IMG/VR virus record: IMGVR_UViG_3300037247_000655
Coordinates: 64,001 to 128,000 of that record
DNA length: 64,000 bases
Reading direction: 5' to 3' (one strand)
Source: a virus
Shown here: piece by piece, positions 45,928-55,424 of the stretch
How the letters are laid out: every line of letters begins with the position of its first letter
Numbering within the stretch: position 1 is the stretch's first letter
Translations under genes and position numbers: made by a program
The notes under the pieces: generated by a model
Seen by the model: only the letters and a program-made list of their open reading frames with translations
Told to the model about the DNA's origin: nothing
Database searches by the model: none

Positions 45928-46320
45928 TTAGTCGTTCTTCCCTCGGTTACCACAGTGTTCGTACCACGCCTTGACACGTGGAGTTACGTCGTCCAGGTCA
46001 TCTCTACCACACTCCTGGAAGTGCATAATAGCATTAGCGTTAAACACAACCGCTGCTAAGTGATCTTCATCAGACTCACCACGCTCAAAGGATGCTATGT
46101 GCCGTTTCATACTAGCGAGAAACCGGCTATATGGCATCCCCTTAGCCCAATTCCATTCATCATACTTTTTTGCGCCACTGCTGTAGTGTAATGCCGTTCG
46201 TTGTTCGGCGAGTGGAGGGATGAGGTCAAACCTTGGTTTTCCATCGTCTGTATCTCGAACAGCACCGCCATCAAACTTCTGTCGTTCACCAGAATCCTTA
46301 ATATCAAACTGCTTAGCCAT
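45928..46320 (-). CDS. dATP/dGTP diphosphohydrolase-like protein (DUF5664)
   Basis: GAVRD...GKPRFDLIP...GAKKY..WNWAKG...RH...EDHLAAVVFN. Confidence 0.85.
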   Translation of the reverse strand: MAKQFDIKDSGERQKFDGGAVRDTDDGKPRFDLIPPLAEQRTALHYSSGAKKYDEWNWAKGMPYSRFLASMKRHIASFERGESDEDHLAAVVFNANAIMHFQECGRDDLDDVTPRVKAWYEHCGNRGKND

Positions 46321-47479
46321 TTCCATTCTCCATTACATAACCGTCAGAAAAAACCTCAGATCTAGATGTCTGTTGTAAAATAGGACCAATCTTACTCGCT
46401 ATGTCACTTGGTAACATATCTCCAATATCACCTTCTGTATCGGGTGTCACACAAAATACCCTAAAATAGTGTTGGAAATCTTCCTTGATTCTATCCATTG
46501 CTGTCTGTCCGGCTTTATCGTTATCGAACGTACATATAACAGTCAATGCTCCAGCATTTTGAAGCATCAAACGTTGTTGTTTAGATATACTTAATCCAAG
46601 CAATGCTACGCTGTTTCTAATACCAGCAGCCTCGTAAGCCCAGACATCCCCTGGCCCTTCACACAATATTGCTGTACCAGTTTTCCCTATGAATGGCTTC
46701 GCGTACCAAGAGTTATATAAACACAATCCCCCTCGCAACCCCTTTGAGTGTTTCCATTTGGTATACACAGCACTGTATTCAGAATCTGGACACGATGTTC
46801 TATCCGGATGATGGTGCAAACCACAGTCATCACATTTATTATATATACTTCTACCAGACCATCCTACAACATATCTGCCAGTAATATCTAATATGGGGAA
46901 AAATGCCCTTTTGTACATCTGTTTCCCTTTGATATTACAAAAAGATATATGATACTTAGCTATTATCTCTGGTGATACACCTCTATTCGGATAATAAACC
47001 TGATCAGCCTGGAGCTTAGACACTACCGTTGACAATGGTAATCCATTATTTATCTTGGTGACGATGCTTTTTCTCTTGTGCAGTTTTATTACTTTAGATA
47101 TCTCTATATCCTGGGCAGTTGTTTCGCTTGTTCCAAACTGATCCAAACCAAGAGCTTGAGCTACGAATTTTACTGATTGATGAAACTCCCATTTCTTTCC
47201 TGTCTTGCGACTCATAGTCCCTCGCACTAGACCAAAAATACTATTTGAAGGACCTGTCAACGGATCGCGGTGGCACCCCCTTGTTTTGCACTCAAAATGG
47301 TTAGATTGTAATGCCCAGAACAAGCCCCTGTCATTATCACCATCATGAATAGGGCAAGCACTTTGAATATAGTCGTGCCGTTCAGTAAATTCTACACCCA
47401 TAGCATCAAAGATTTCACAAACTCTTTCACAAGCCCTGGCTTGAATAAACTCTACTTGACTCGCATTGAATCTTTGCAC
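46313..47479 (-). CDS. dnaG: DNA primase
   Basis: CPIH...C..C Zn domain; FPILD..VVGWSGR; TOPRIM CEGPGD..FDND.AG..DIGD. Confidence 0.9.
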   Translation of the reverse strand: MQRFNASQVEFIQARACERVCEIFDAMGVEFTERHDYIQSACPIHDGDNDRGLFWALQSNHFECKTRGCHRDPLTGPSNSIFGLVRGTMSRKTGKKWEFHQSVKFVAQALGLDQFGTSETTAQDIEISKVIKLHKRKSIVTKINNGLPLSTVVSKLQADQVYYPNRGVSPEIIAKYHISFCNIKGKQMYKRAFFPILDITGRYVVGWSGRSIYNKCDDCGLHHHPDRTSCPDSEYSAVYTKWKHSKGLRGGLCLYNSWYAKPFIGKTGTAILCEGPGDVWAYEAAGIRNSVALLGLSISKQQRLMLQNAGALTVICTFDNDKAGQTAMDRIKEDFQHYFRVFCVTPDTEGDIGDMLPSDIASKIGPILQQTSRSEVFSDGYVMENGNG

Positions 47480-47481
47480 TG

Positions 47482-48924
47482 CTATGATTCCTTAGCTTTA
47501 TTTTCTAAAGAAGACTTAACTACGGCAGAAAATGTTTGTCCTTCTATGAACTTGCCTACCTCAAGCTTCTCTACCACGTTTATATATTCACCACTTTCCA
47601 TACCAGCTCCAAATCTAGTATCTGTTACCACCAACTTCTTTGTACCATTTATTGGGGGATCTTCGTTTAGTTCGGTTTGTGTTTTCTTTTTCAATATAGT
47701 AAAATTGGAACATAACCACGCAATCCTGTCAGAACCCGACACTACCTCTGACCCTTCTTTTTCTATCCCGTCTCTATTAAGTTGAACAGTAGCCAATACT
47801 GGTAGTTTGAATTTAACGGCAAAGTTGTGTAGTGCCGTCACAAGAAAACCAAGCAATTGATACTCCTGTAACCCCTTCTTCAAACCACCATCATCCATGA
47901 GTTTAAGATAATCATATATAATTAGACACGGTTTTGCTGCGCCGCTGTGTGTAAATCCAACCTTCTTTGATAACCATCTTCTTGCTATGGACATGATCGC
48001 ATGCGGAGCTAAGCCCGCTACCGAAAAATGATCTATGGACAGACCTTCTATCTTATCTTGACAACTCCATAATGCTTCCTCTTCTTGCTTGTTGTGCTTA
48101 AAACTTCCAGTCTCTATGCGATTCAAATCTATGCCTGACACTAAAGATGATAGGCGGTGCAACTGGATGTCGCTTGTTAACTCTGTGTCTAAATACAATA
48201 CTGGAATTCCATGCTCTGCTATATTACATGCTACGTTGATGCAGAAAAAACTTTTTCCAATTTTAGTTCTAGCACCTACAACATTTACGGTAGCAGGTCT
48301 CAATCCTCCTCCGATTGCATTATCCCAAGCGGGAAACCCTGTCGGCAAGCCTACTATGTCCTGTGGTGTCTCTGCCAGGGCTTTCATCACACTATCGAAT
48401 TGTTGCCCAAGAGATACAACGGTAGCACCCTGATCCATAATCTGTCCTGTGAATCCAAAGATAGGTTCCTCTATCTGTCCAATTATATCGTCGACATCTT
48501 CTGCCCCTGTGATTTTCTTTAGATTGTTCTGAACAGCAACCGCTGCCATATATCCTTGTCTTGCTATGGATAGCTTGTATACAGCTATCACTAATGATCT
48601 AATATTATCTTTAGATGATTCATTCTCTCCTATTATCGCCTCTAGGTATTCAGTGTGTTTCCCGTCATTTACGAAATTGTCGCAATTAAGAATTTTTGCT
48701 GCTGCTTGAATACTAGGAATATCAAAAGTCTTAGCATCATCATGACTAACAAGATGGGAAAGTATTTTGAATAACTCTTGATTGATTGGCCAATAAAAAT
48801 CCTTCACACCAATAAGGTCTTCAACTTCGAAAAAACAATCGGTGCCATATGTGGTTATACCAGAAAGTATAGCACGCTCCATACCTGCATCTTGTAATAT
48901 AGCATTTGATTTACTTTTCATCAA
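47482..48924 (-). CDS. dnaB: Replicative DNA helicase
   Basis: GLPTGF; GARTKIGKS; YLDTEL; IIYDYLKL; QLNR; SGSDRI. Confidence 0.92.
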   Translation of the reverse strand: MMKSKSNAILQDAGMERAILSGITTYGTDCFFEVEDLIGVKDFYWPINQELFKILSHLVSHDDAKTFDIPSIQAAAKILNCDNFVNDGKHTEYLEAIIGENESSKDNIRSLVIAVYKLSIARQGYMAAVAVQNNLKKITGAEDVDDIIGQIEEPIFGFTGQIMDQGATVVSLGQQFDSVMKALAETPQDIVGLPTGFPAWDNAIGGGLRPATVNVVGARTKIGKSFFCINVACNIAEHGIPVLYLDTELTSDIQLHRLSSLVSGIDLNRIETGSFKHNKQEEEALWSCQDKIEGLSIDHFSVAGLAPHAIMSIARRWLSKKVGFTHSGAAKPCLIIYDYLKLMDDGGLKKGLQEYQLLGFLVTALHNFAVKFKLPVLATVQLNRDGIEKEGSEVVSGSDRIAWLCSNFTILKKKTQTELNEDPPINGTKKLVVTDTRFGAGMESGEYINVVEKLEVGKFIEGQTFSAVVKSSLENKAKES

Positions 48925-49499
48925 ACAAATCTACTCTTTGTACCCATTAGACATTTCTTACATTTTTGACCCATTTCTCCACCAGGTCTATTAGATTGGA
49001 ACATACTATCACATTCACTACACTCAACATCATAGCTATTTATTTGTGGTCGCTTTACTTGGATAGTTTTAGTTTTCTCAGCTAAAATCTTGTTCTTCTC
49101 TATCTCAATTGGATCTGGATTATTTGTAATAAAACGGACTCCATCAGTTTGTTTCTGTACCGCAGTCTTCCTTCTTGAATCAATATCTGGAGGACTACCT
49201 TCTTCATCTTTATTTACTGATTTAGATTTTTTAGATGTCTTTTTTCTACTAACCTTTTTCTTTAAGGCTTTTGGTGGTTTTGTGGTTGGTGTTTGTTGCA
49301 GCTCAAGAACATTGGATAACATATCTGCAACCTGACGCAATGCAGCTTCCGCATCTTGAATTGTTAACTTAGCAATGAACGCTTTTGCCGAAGGTACACT
49401 TAAAGTTTCTCCGGTAAGTCGCTCATACCCCTCACAAACTATATCCCAGTTTCCTGTGCGAATACCTTCTGCTATATACTCAATAGGACTCATCAACAA
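48921..49499 (-). CDS. Hypothetical protein with C-terminal Zn finger
   Basis: Lys-rich linker; CSEC...CKKC. Confidence 0.6.
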   Translation of the reverse strand: MLMSPIEYIAEGIRTGNWDIVCEGYERLTGETLSVPSAKAFIAKLTIQDAEAALRQVADMLSNVLELQQTPTTKPPKALKKKVSRKKTSKKSKSVNKDEEGSPPDIDSRRKTAVQKQTDGVRFITNNPDPIEIEKNKILAEKTKTIQVKRPQINSYDVECSECDSMFQSNRPGGEMGQKCKKCLMGTKSRFV

Positions 49500-49909
49500 C
49501 TCCCCTCATTATATCTGGCTCTTACTAAACCATTAATACTCTGTCCAATTACTTCTATCCTACGTGCAAGGTAAACTATTCTATCAAGTCTTAGTTCAAC
49601 CTCTTTAACTAACTTATTAAGCTTAGGACGATCATCACCCAACAAACGGTTTACTACCTGTTTTGACCACCTAAGAAACGTTTGACATTCATTTGTTTTT
49701 TGCTGCAAAAATAAAGCATACTGAGCTAAAATAACTGTATCTTCAGACAGATCTACTGAAGATTGTTCTCTTAACAACTCTCTAGTAAACCCAAGAATCT
49801 TTTCAACTTCATCATTAGATGGCTGATGTTGTGGTAACCCTAATGCTTTACACCACTTATCTAGCTCATCTGAATACAATGCTATTTCATTGGTCAAATC
49901 ACTCATCAT
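49493..49909 (-). CDS. Helical hypothetical protein (possibly UvsY-like)
   Basis: 138 aa all-helical, near recA; UvsY assignment is inference only. Confidence 0.45.
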   Translation of the reverse strand: MMSDLTNEIALYSDELDKWCKALGLPQHQPSNDEVEKILGFTRELLREQSSVDLSEDTVILAQYALFLQQKTNECQTFLRWSKQVVNRLLGDDRPKLNKLVKEVELRLDRIVYLARRIEVIGQSINGLVRARYNEGSC

Positions 49910-50258
49910 AAATTTCTAACATTTTAAACCCATTTAATTCGCACCAATCTCGTTTCTTTTGATCCGTATCTTGTTGTTTGTGAAATTCTCTTTTCGTTTT
50001 GTGAAAATGTTTTACGTGTTCCGTGTGTTGTTTTCCATTACATTCGATCACTAAATTAACTGATGGTATAAAAAAATCTATGATAAATCTCTCAACTGGT
50101 ATGATCACCTCTTCAAAAATAATATCATGAGGGTATTTTTCGGCTAGTTGTTGACCTATCCTATATTGAAACAACGACTTACATTTTTCTTTTGATCTTC
50201 TTTTTTTATTACTTAATCGTATCCTTGTGGTTCCACCATTGAGTAGTTTAACTTCCAT
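49899..50258 (-). CDS. Vsr/DUF559-like endonuclease
   Basis: IDFFIP..LVIECNGKQH..QDTDQKKRDWC..GFKMLEI. Confidence 0.8.
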   Translation of the reverse strand: MEVKLLNGGTTRIRLSNKKRRSKEKCKSLFQYRIGQQLAEKYPHDIIFEEVIIPVERFIIDFFIPSVNLVIECNGKQHTEHVKHFHKTKREFHKQQDTDQKKRDWCELNGFKMLEIYDE

Positions 50259-50259
50259 G

Positions 50260-50781
50260 TTATGGGTTAATTCCCATCATTATACAATGAATGTATTCAA
50301 GCTCGTCCGAGATAAGACCTTTATCCTTAGGTATCCACCTAACTACTTCTATGTCTTGATTTTCCAACATATCCTTTACGACCTGATTGACATCTTCCAG
50401 TTTTGCATCAGTATATAATCCACTTTGTGATGTAGTAATAGGTCCATACACTACTCGCTTAATACCCTTCTGAATAATATGAGCCCAACAGTGAGTACAT
50501 GGAGGTCCACTCACATACAAAGTAGCATCTTCCAAATCTCCAGTAGAATTTAGTATTGCATTTTCTTCTGAATGCAATATAGGAGGATATTTTTCTGGTC
50601 GCATCTGTGGCATCTTATCATCATTGACACCCCTAGGGTAACCGTTATATCCTTGGCCAACTATACATCCACGACTATTTATAATAACACAACCACATTG
50701 GGTACTTGTATCTGGACTTCGTGTCTTAGCCCAAATAGCTTGTACCATAAAATAGTCGTCCCAGCAAAGTCTAGTTCTCAC
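50260..50781 (-). CDS. dCMP deaminase
   Basis: WDDYFM, RSPD..TQCG, GYNGYP, HSEENAI, PCTHC; GTG start after AAGGAGG. Confidence 0.92.
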   Translation of the reverse strand: MRTRLCWDDYFMVQAIWAKTRSPDTSTQCGCVIINSRGCIVGQGYNGYPRGVNDDKMPQMRPEKYPPILHSEENAILNSTGDLEDATLYVSGPPCTHCWAHIIQKGIKRVVYGPITTSQSGLYTDAKLEDVNQVVKDMLENQDIEVVRWIPKDKGLISDELEYIHCIMMGINP

Positions 50782-51832
50782 TATTATTGTCCTCCTTAGG
50801 TAGAACCACATCTCTAACTTCTTTTTCCAATAATTGTAATTTATCAGGGTTGTCTCTAAGAAAATTGGATAACCTTGCCAATCCCTGGAACTTCGGTGGA
50901 TCACCATCATCTGCGAACATAGGTAATGAGTACCAAGATCCAGCCTTCTCTATTAATCCAAGATTTTCCGCAGTAGTCACAATATCCCTTATAACATCAA
51001 TACCAAAACCATATCTCAATGGTAATATGCACGGAAGAAGAGGTCTGCCAAGCGCAGATGACTGTACAGTAATATGCATGTCGTGACCGTCAGAAGTATT
51101 GGTTTCTGCGTTGCGTTCCCATTGTTGTGTCCACGTTACCTTCAACCACACAGAACACGCATATTGTATAGCCACCCCGCCCTTCTCTACAAATTTTGGA
51201 CCACGTGGTTCCCTACTGGTCATTAGCTGGGATATAAAAATCAGTATTACATTTTTTGAATCAACGATTTGTTGGGCACGTCTAAAGAATGCAGACAACA
51301 ACTTGGCTGGTCCAGCCATGTCTCTACTAGAACCAATGTCGTCCTCTTGTTCTGTCATGGTTGATAAAGCAGCAATGCTATCAATGACAACAACTGCCTT
51401 CTCTTGGGTCTTGGCGATCCGTTCTATAATGTTTAGGTAGTCTTCTGCTGTCAATGGCTTGTCTATATGATGAGGAATGACCTTGAGCTTAGCTGGATCT
51501 AGACCGTGGATAGTGGACAATAACGCAGGAGTACATCTTCGCTCTATATTTATATAGTAGGTTGGTCTGTTAAGTTCTTGTGCATTTCTGAGCAATTCTA
51601 AACATAATGTAGTTTTTCCAGACTTTGCTTTTCCGGTTATCAAACAAATCGTTCCATCAGGGATCCCACCGTTTAGGGCAATGTCTAGCGACAACGGGGT
51701 GTGAAGAATATCTCTGGTACATGGAGGCAAAGCCTTTTCTGCCGTGGCTATAATACCATGGCCATGTATTCTAATCAAAAACTCATCCAAGGATTCATCT
51801 GCAATCTTTGCTTTTGTTTTTGTCTTAGCCAT
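50771..51832 (-). CDS. recA: RecA/UvsX recombinase
   Basis: SLDIALNGGIP; GKAKSGKT; VVIDSIAAL; FISQL; GGVAIQY; GLIEKAGSWY. Confidence 0.92.
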   Translation of the reverse strand: MAKTKTKAKIADESLDEFLIRIHGHGIIATAEKALPPCTRDILHTPLSLDIALNGGIPDGTICLITGKAKSGKTTLCLELLRNAQELNRPTYYINIERRCTPALLSTIHGLDPAKLKVIPHHIDKPLTAEDYLNIIERIAKTQEKAVVVIDSIAALSTMTEQEDDIGSSRDMAGPAKLLSAFFRRAQQIVDSKNVILIFISQLMTSREPRGPKFVEKGGVAIQYACSVWLKVTWTQQWERNAETNTSDGHDMHITVQSSALGRPLLPCILPLRYGFGIDVIRDIVTTAENLGLIEKAGSWYSLPMFADDGDPPKFQGLARLSNFLRDNPDKLQLLEKEVRDVVLPKEDNNSEN

Positions 51833-52295
51833 TCTCTTCATCTCTTATCTTAGCAAGTGCAGTTTTTCTTCCTGTATCAACAAACGTAGCGTTCTTTTTG
51901 TTGTCTATTTCGGTGTGTTGCTGTCTTTTGGATAATTCTAAACGTTGTGCAGTCAAAGATTCTACACGGTTATTCGTCCACCGCACTATCGTTGCTATTG
52001 TCTTCTTGGCAACAAGCGCTTTTATATTGCGTTCTCGGATTATCTCTACCAAAGCTCTCCGTAATAGGGCGTCAGAAAGATTCAATTCTTTTCCTAGGTT
52101 GGTTACTCCTCTTATTTCTCTCCCATACTTAGGTCCCCAATATTTCTTATCAGACCAAAATCGTGGACCAATCTTTGGATTAACATTCATACACACCAAT
52201 TCTATTATGTAGTCTCTGAATGTGACATATAATCCAGGCGTAGTAGGAGAAAGGTAAGGATGTTTTTCGCTTTTTGGTTGATGCCTTATTGCCAT
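51825..52295 (-). CDS. Hypothetical protein
   Basis: 156 aa basic ORF in tightly packed operon. Confidence 0.65.
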   Translation of the reverse strand: MAIRHQPKSEKHPYLSPTTPGLYVTFRDYIIELVCMNVNPKIGPRFWSDKKYWGPKYGREIRGVTNLGKELNLSDALLRRALVEIIRERNIKALVAKKTIATIVRWTNNRVESLTAQRLELSKRQQHTEIDNKKNATFVDTGRKTALAKIRDEENG

Positions 52296-52720
52296 TATGG
52301 ATTCCTGATCAAAAAGAAACCTGCATCTGCCACTGTTCTTTCTTCTGTTTGTGCGTGGTCAAAACCTGGTTGTCGGTACCAAACTATATTGATCTTTTGT
52401 CCATCATAATATCCTATGCCGATGTAATTAAACTGGGCACCACCCCAAACAGCCATGTGTTTCTGCCCAAAAAAGTATCCCTTTTGGTTAGGCGGCATTG
52501 GTATGTCCACACCCTTTGGGCCTTGCAGACGAAGGTTTGATATGGATATGTCCTTATTTGCGCCAAGCCATTTAGCCAAACGAACCCATGCATGTCTTTC
52601 TTTAGGCCTATCGTCTTGTATCACGGTTCTCCCATCTGATAACGACACCACGAACCTATTAGTAGGAACAGCATCTGTTACTGCAAATGCCAGGATAGCG
52701 TCGTTTACTGTATTATACAT
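52295..52720 (-). CDS. Hypothetical protein
   Basis: 141 aa, stop overlaps next start. Confidence 0.65.
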   Translation of the reverse strand: MYNTVNDAILAFAVTDAVPTNRFVVSLSDGRTVIQDDRPKERHAWVRLAKWLGANKDISISNLRLQGPKGVDIPMPPNQKGYFFGQKHMAVWGGAQFNYIGIGYYDGQKINIVWYRQPGFDHAQTEERTVADAGFFLIRNP

Positions 52721-53075
52721 CTACAGATTCCCCCTTGTCTCCTTGTTGGGCATATGGAGAACGGCCTAACTGTTCGTCTGCCCTGCTAGACTCAGTCGCG
52801 TTCATAGCACAAACACCTTTGCCAGCATCCAATGCTTTTCTAGGATCTTCAGGTTTGATCCGTATGACACCGTCTCTAAGAGAGTTGGGTTTCTTTTCGC
52901 GATCCACATTATCATCACATATTTCAGCAACTATCAGACCCTCTCCGTAAGAGTCGAATTTATCTGACACAGCCTTCAAAAACCTTTCCTTAGACTTAGT
53001 ATGCTTGCGACCTAGGTTGACATTAGATTTCTGCAGAAACTCCATTAAATCTGTTTGAAACTCTTTAAAAGTCAT
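52713..53075 (-). CDS. Hypothetical protein
   Basis: 120 aa, overlapping neighbours. Confidence 0.6.
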   Translation of the reverse strand: MTFKEFQTDLMEFLQKSNVNLGRKHTKSKERFLKAVSDKFDSYGEGLIVAEICDDNVDREKKPNSLRDGVIRIKPEDPRKALDAGKGVCAMNATESSRADEQLGRSPYAQQGDKGESVDV

Positions 53076-53373
53076 TTCTGAATCTCCTTTGAGCGAGAGT
53101 GTATGGTACCTTATTTTTGCTTCTGAGAAAAACAGTGTAATCGCTGTAACACTCTTTACTACAAGACTTCAATCTCCAAAATAATCCGCCACGTTCTTTA
53201 TCTTTTTTCTGCAAATTGTGATCAATATTGTATGGACTGAATAGATCCATCTCGTTAGAAGCCAACACCATGTATCTGTCACCAATCCACTTAGCAAAAA
53301 CAACAAATGTTGGCTCGACATCATGAACAACAGAATGAGGAGTACCATGTATATCTACTGCTATTAAGTTCAC
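53065..53373 (-). CDS. Hypothetical protein
   Basis: 102 aa, overlapping neighbours. Confidence 0.6.
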   Translation of the reverse strand: MNLIAVDIHGTPHSVVHDVEPTFVVFAKWIGDRYMVLASNEMDLFSPYNIDHNLQKKDKERGGLFWRLKSCSKECYSDYTVFLRSKNKVPYTLAQRRFRNDF

Positions 53374-53705
53374 TTATTTCTAGCCTCGAACAAAACATCG
53401 GTCTGTGGGGAATCTGTGTCTACGTCAATAGGTTCGAACATCATATCGTCGTTCGGAGCACCTGGAAAAAACTGACCAGATATCTGCTCGACCAATGAAT
53501 ATCCACTACAAAAACCACACTTCACAGCTACACGCGTCAACACGTTAGCCTTATCCACACCCTGTGTTTTCACCAATTGAAGCACCAGCAATTCATGGTC
53601 ACAATTCGAGCACTTAAAATTAACCTGACCCTGATCAGTCAAACCCTTTAATTTTTTTTCTGCAGAGTCAATCTTACCAGTTGTAATCTTTTGTTTATCC
53701 ATCAA
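53370..53705 (-). CDS. Zn-ribbon hypothetical protein
   Basis: CSNC...CGFC. Confidence 0.6.
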   Translation of the reverse strand: MMDKQKITTGKIDSAEKKLKGLTDQGQVNFKCSNCDHELLVLQLVKTQGVDKANVLTRVAVKCGFCSGYSLVEQISGQFFPGAPNDDMMFEPIDVDTDSPQTDVLFEARNK

Positions 53706-54007
53706 CCTACCTTACCTTCCTTTATATACTTATCAGGATCTTTAAGTACATCCTTGTTAATCTTTCCATCTCTCCAGAATGGTTTTTCGCCTTTGAACTT
53801 TCCTTCGCCTAACTTATCTTTGTGTGTCTTGCGACCCTTACACGGATTCTCAGTACCTCTTATGATCACAGCCGCTCCAGGGCTGATCAACTTGACCAAT
53901 CCCGGTTTACAACACTCGGGACAAGACAATAGAGGCTCCATGGACATACTATGAAATGCCTCGAACTCAAATCCACACAAACTGCACTCGTAATCATATG
54001 TAGGAAT
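53702..54007 (-). CDS. FmdB-family zinc ribbon protein (ATT start)
   Basis: In-frame (I)PTYDYECSLCGFEFE...CPEC..LVKLIS matches the FmdB MP.Y.Y.C..C pattern; AGGAGG 8 nt upstream of ATT. Confidence 0.8.
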   Translation of the reverse strand: MPTYDYECSLCGFEFEAFHSMSMEPLLSCPECCKPGLVKLISPGAAVIIRGTENPCKGRKTHKDKLGEGKFKGEKPFWRDGKINKDVLKDPDKYIKEGKVG

Positions 54008-54408
54008 TACTTATTCCTCCTACTACGTCGATTCATTCTATTATCTTTAAAAGCAACCCTAGCACCATCAGATCTAATTGATGTATCAACATTGATCGAT
54101 TTGACAGAATCTTCCTGTATATTCTCTTCGCATTCTAACGGATCCGTTTCTTTGCTCAAGTGATCAAAATGAGCAAAACCCCCAGAATTATAATGTGTTT
54201 TACCAGCTATTTTTTCCCAGTATCTTGTGAAGCGACGAGACTTTCTTTCTTCTGGAGATAGATCAATTGTAGTACAATCCGCAATTAAACCTTCCGCTAA
54301 CTTAGTTCTTCGCTTTGCAGACTTTAACTTCCATCGCATTACTGCCGATTTCCATCGCCTCATTGACCTACGAGCAAATCTACGAAAACGAAATACAATA
54401 TTCTTCAT
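54007..54408 (-). CDS. Basic hypothetical protein
   Basis: 133 aa Arg-rich; RBS AAGGAG; GGTATAAT upstream. Confidence 0.6.
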   Translation of the reverse strand: MKNIVFRFRRFARRSMRRWKSAVMRWKLKSAKRRTKLAEGLIADCTTIDLSPEERKSRRFTRYWEKIAGKTHYNSGGFAHFDHLSKETDPLECEENIQEDSVKSINVDTSIRSDGARVAFKDNRMNRRSRRNK

Positions 54409-54441
54409 AACAATCTCCTTTACACCTAATTATACCTAAAA

Positions 54442-54966
54442 CTACGTCTTTTGTTCCGCAAAAGTTCCCATTTTCTTTGCGAAATTTCCAAGATCTTTAC
54501 GGTTTTTCTCTAAACGATCTATCTCCGGAACAGTGTCCGGAGCATGAACACACATTTTGAGATGTCGTTTAATTTCTTTAACGACTTCATCTCCAAAAGG
54601 CGAAGCCTCTCCCGCATTTTTAACAGCACGAGTTAACAAACTCAACATACTGCCGCGTTTCATGAAAGCGCGTATCAATAGTAAACCAGCTCCAACGAAA
54701 ATAATTGCCATAACACTAGTTCCGATAACAACCCATCCAGCACCACTGTAATTAATGGTTTCTGCTTGTACACTTTTCTTCCAAATAGATAGTTCTTCTG
54801 CAACTGTCTCAAGATTACCCATGTCCATACGGATTCCTTGTATATCTGCTTTAAAAGCTTCTGGGGCCATGCAGCCTGGCAAGACACAAAAAGATATGAG
54901 AATCATCAATATGACCATGAATGCACCATGTGTCCATAGTATCATCGCTTTCGTTGTTTCTTGCAT
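54442..54966 (-). CDS. Membrane protein / putative lipoprotein
   Basis: Hydrophobic N-terminus ending LPGC, second TM helix WVVIGTSVMAIIFVGAGLLLI. Confidence 0.6.
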   Translation of the reverse strand: MQETTKAMILWTHGAFMVILMILISFCVLPGCMAPEAFKADIQGIRMDMGNLETVAEELSIWKKSVQAETINYSGAGWVVIGTSVMAIIFVGAGLLLIRAFMKRGSMLSLLTRAVKNAGEASPFGDEVVKEIKRHLKMCVHAPDTVPEIDRLEKNRKDLGNFAKKMGTFAEQKT

Positions 54967-55424
54967 CGCTTTACCTTTCCTTTTTCTTTTCTCCTTAGGA
55001 ACACTTCATTGACAAGTGCATCTGCTCGTTTGTTTAGGTGGCGTGGTACCCACTTGATAGAATAATCCTCAAACTTACTCAACAACTCTAATACAAGATC
55101 TCTATGTTTGATTAGTTCTGGCTTTTTCGCCTTGTACACACCGATAACCTGTCGAACTATTAGTTGTGAGTCTCCAATAATATGAATTGTATCAACTCCA
55201 GCTTTTAAACTGCCCTGAAGCCCGGCGATTAGGGCTCGATATTCTGCAATATTGGACGTCCCTTCTCCACATGTCCTCTTGCCGGATGCTATGATTTTTG
55301 TACCCTCTGAAAGATAGTGTGGTGCTTCGGCAATAATTGAGGGAAAAGGTTTGTCCACCAACAACCAACCATATGCCATGGTTCCTTGTCTAATGCCACC
55401 ATCGAAGTACAGAGTAGCTTCCAT
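54942..55424 (-). CDS. rnhA: Ribonuclease HI
   Basis: YFDGG; TSNIAEYRALIAGL; IIGDSQLIV; WVPRHLNKRADAL. Confidence 0.92.
   Translation of the reverse strand: MEATLYFDGGIRQGTMAYGWLLVDKPFPSIIAEAPHYLSEGTKIIASGKRTCGEGTSNIAEYRALIAGLQGSLKAGVDTIHIIGDSQLIVRQVIGVYKAKKPELIKHRDLVLELLSKFEDYSIKWVPRHLNKRADALVNEVFLRRKEKGKVKRCKKQRKR

Noticed and set aside
45874-45936. Possible ACG-started mini-ORF (TTKVPRVIDGLESRETESSE) on the minus strand
   Set aside because: No canonical start, 20 codons and no recognisable motif; probably a gene remnant.
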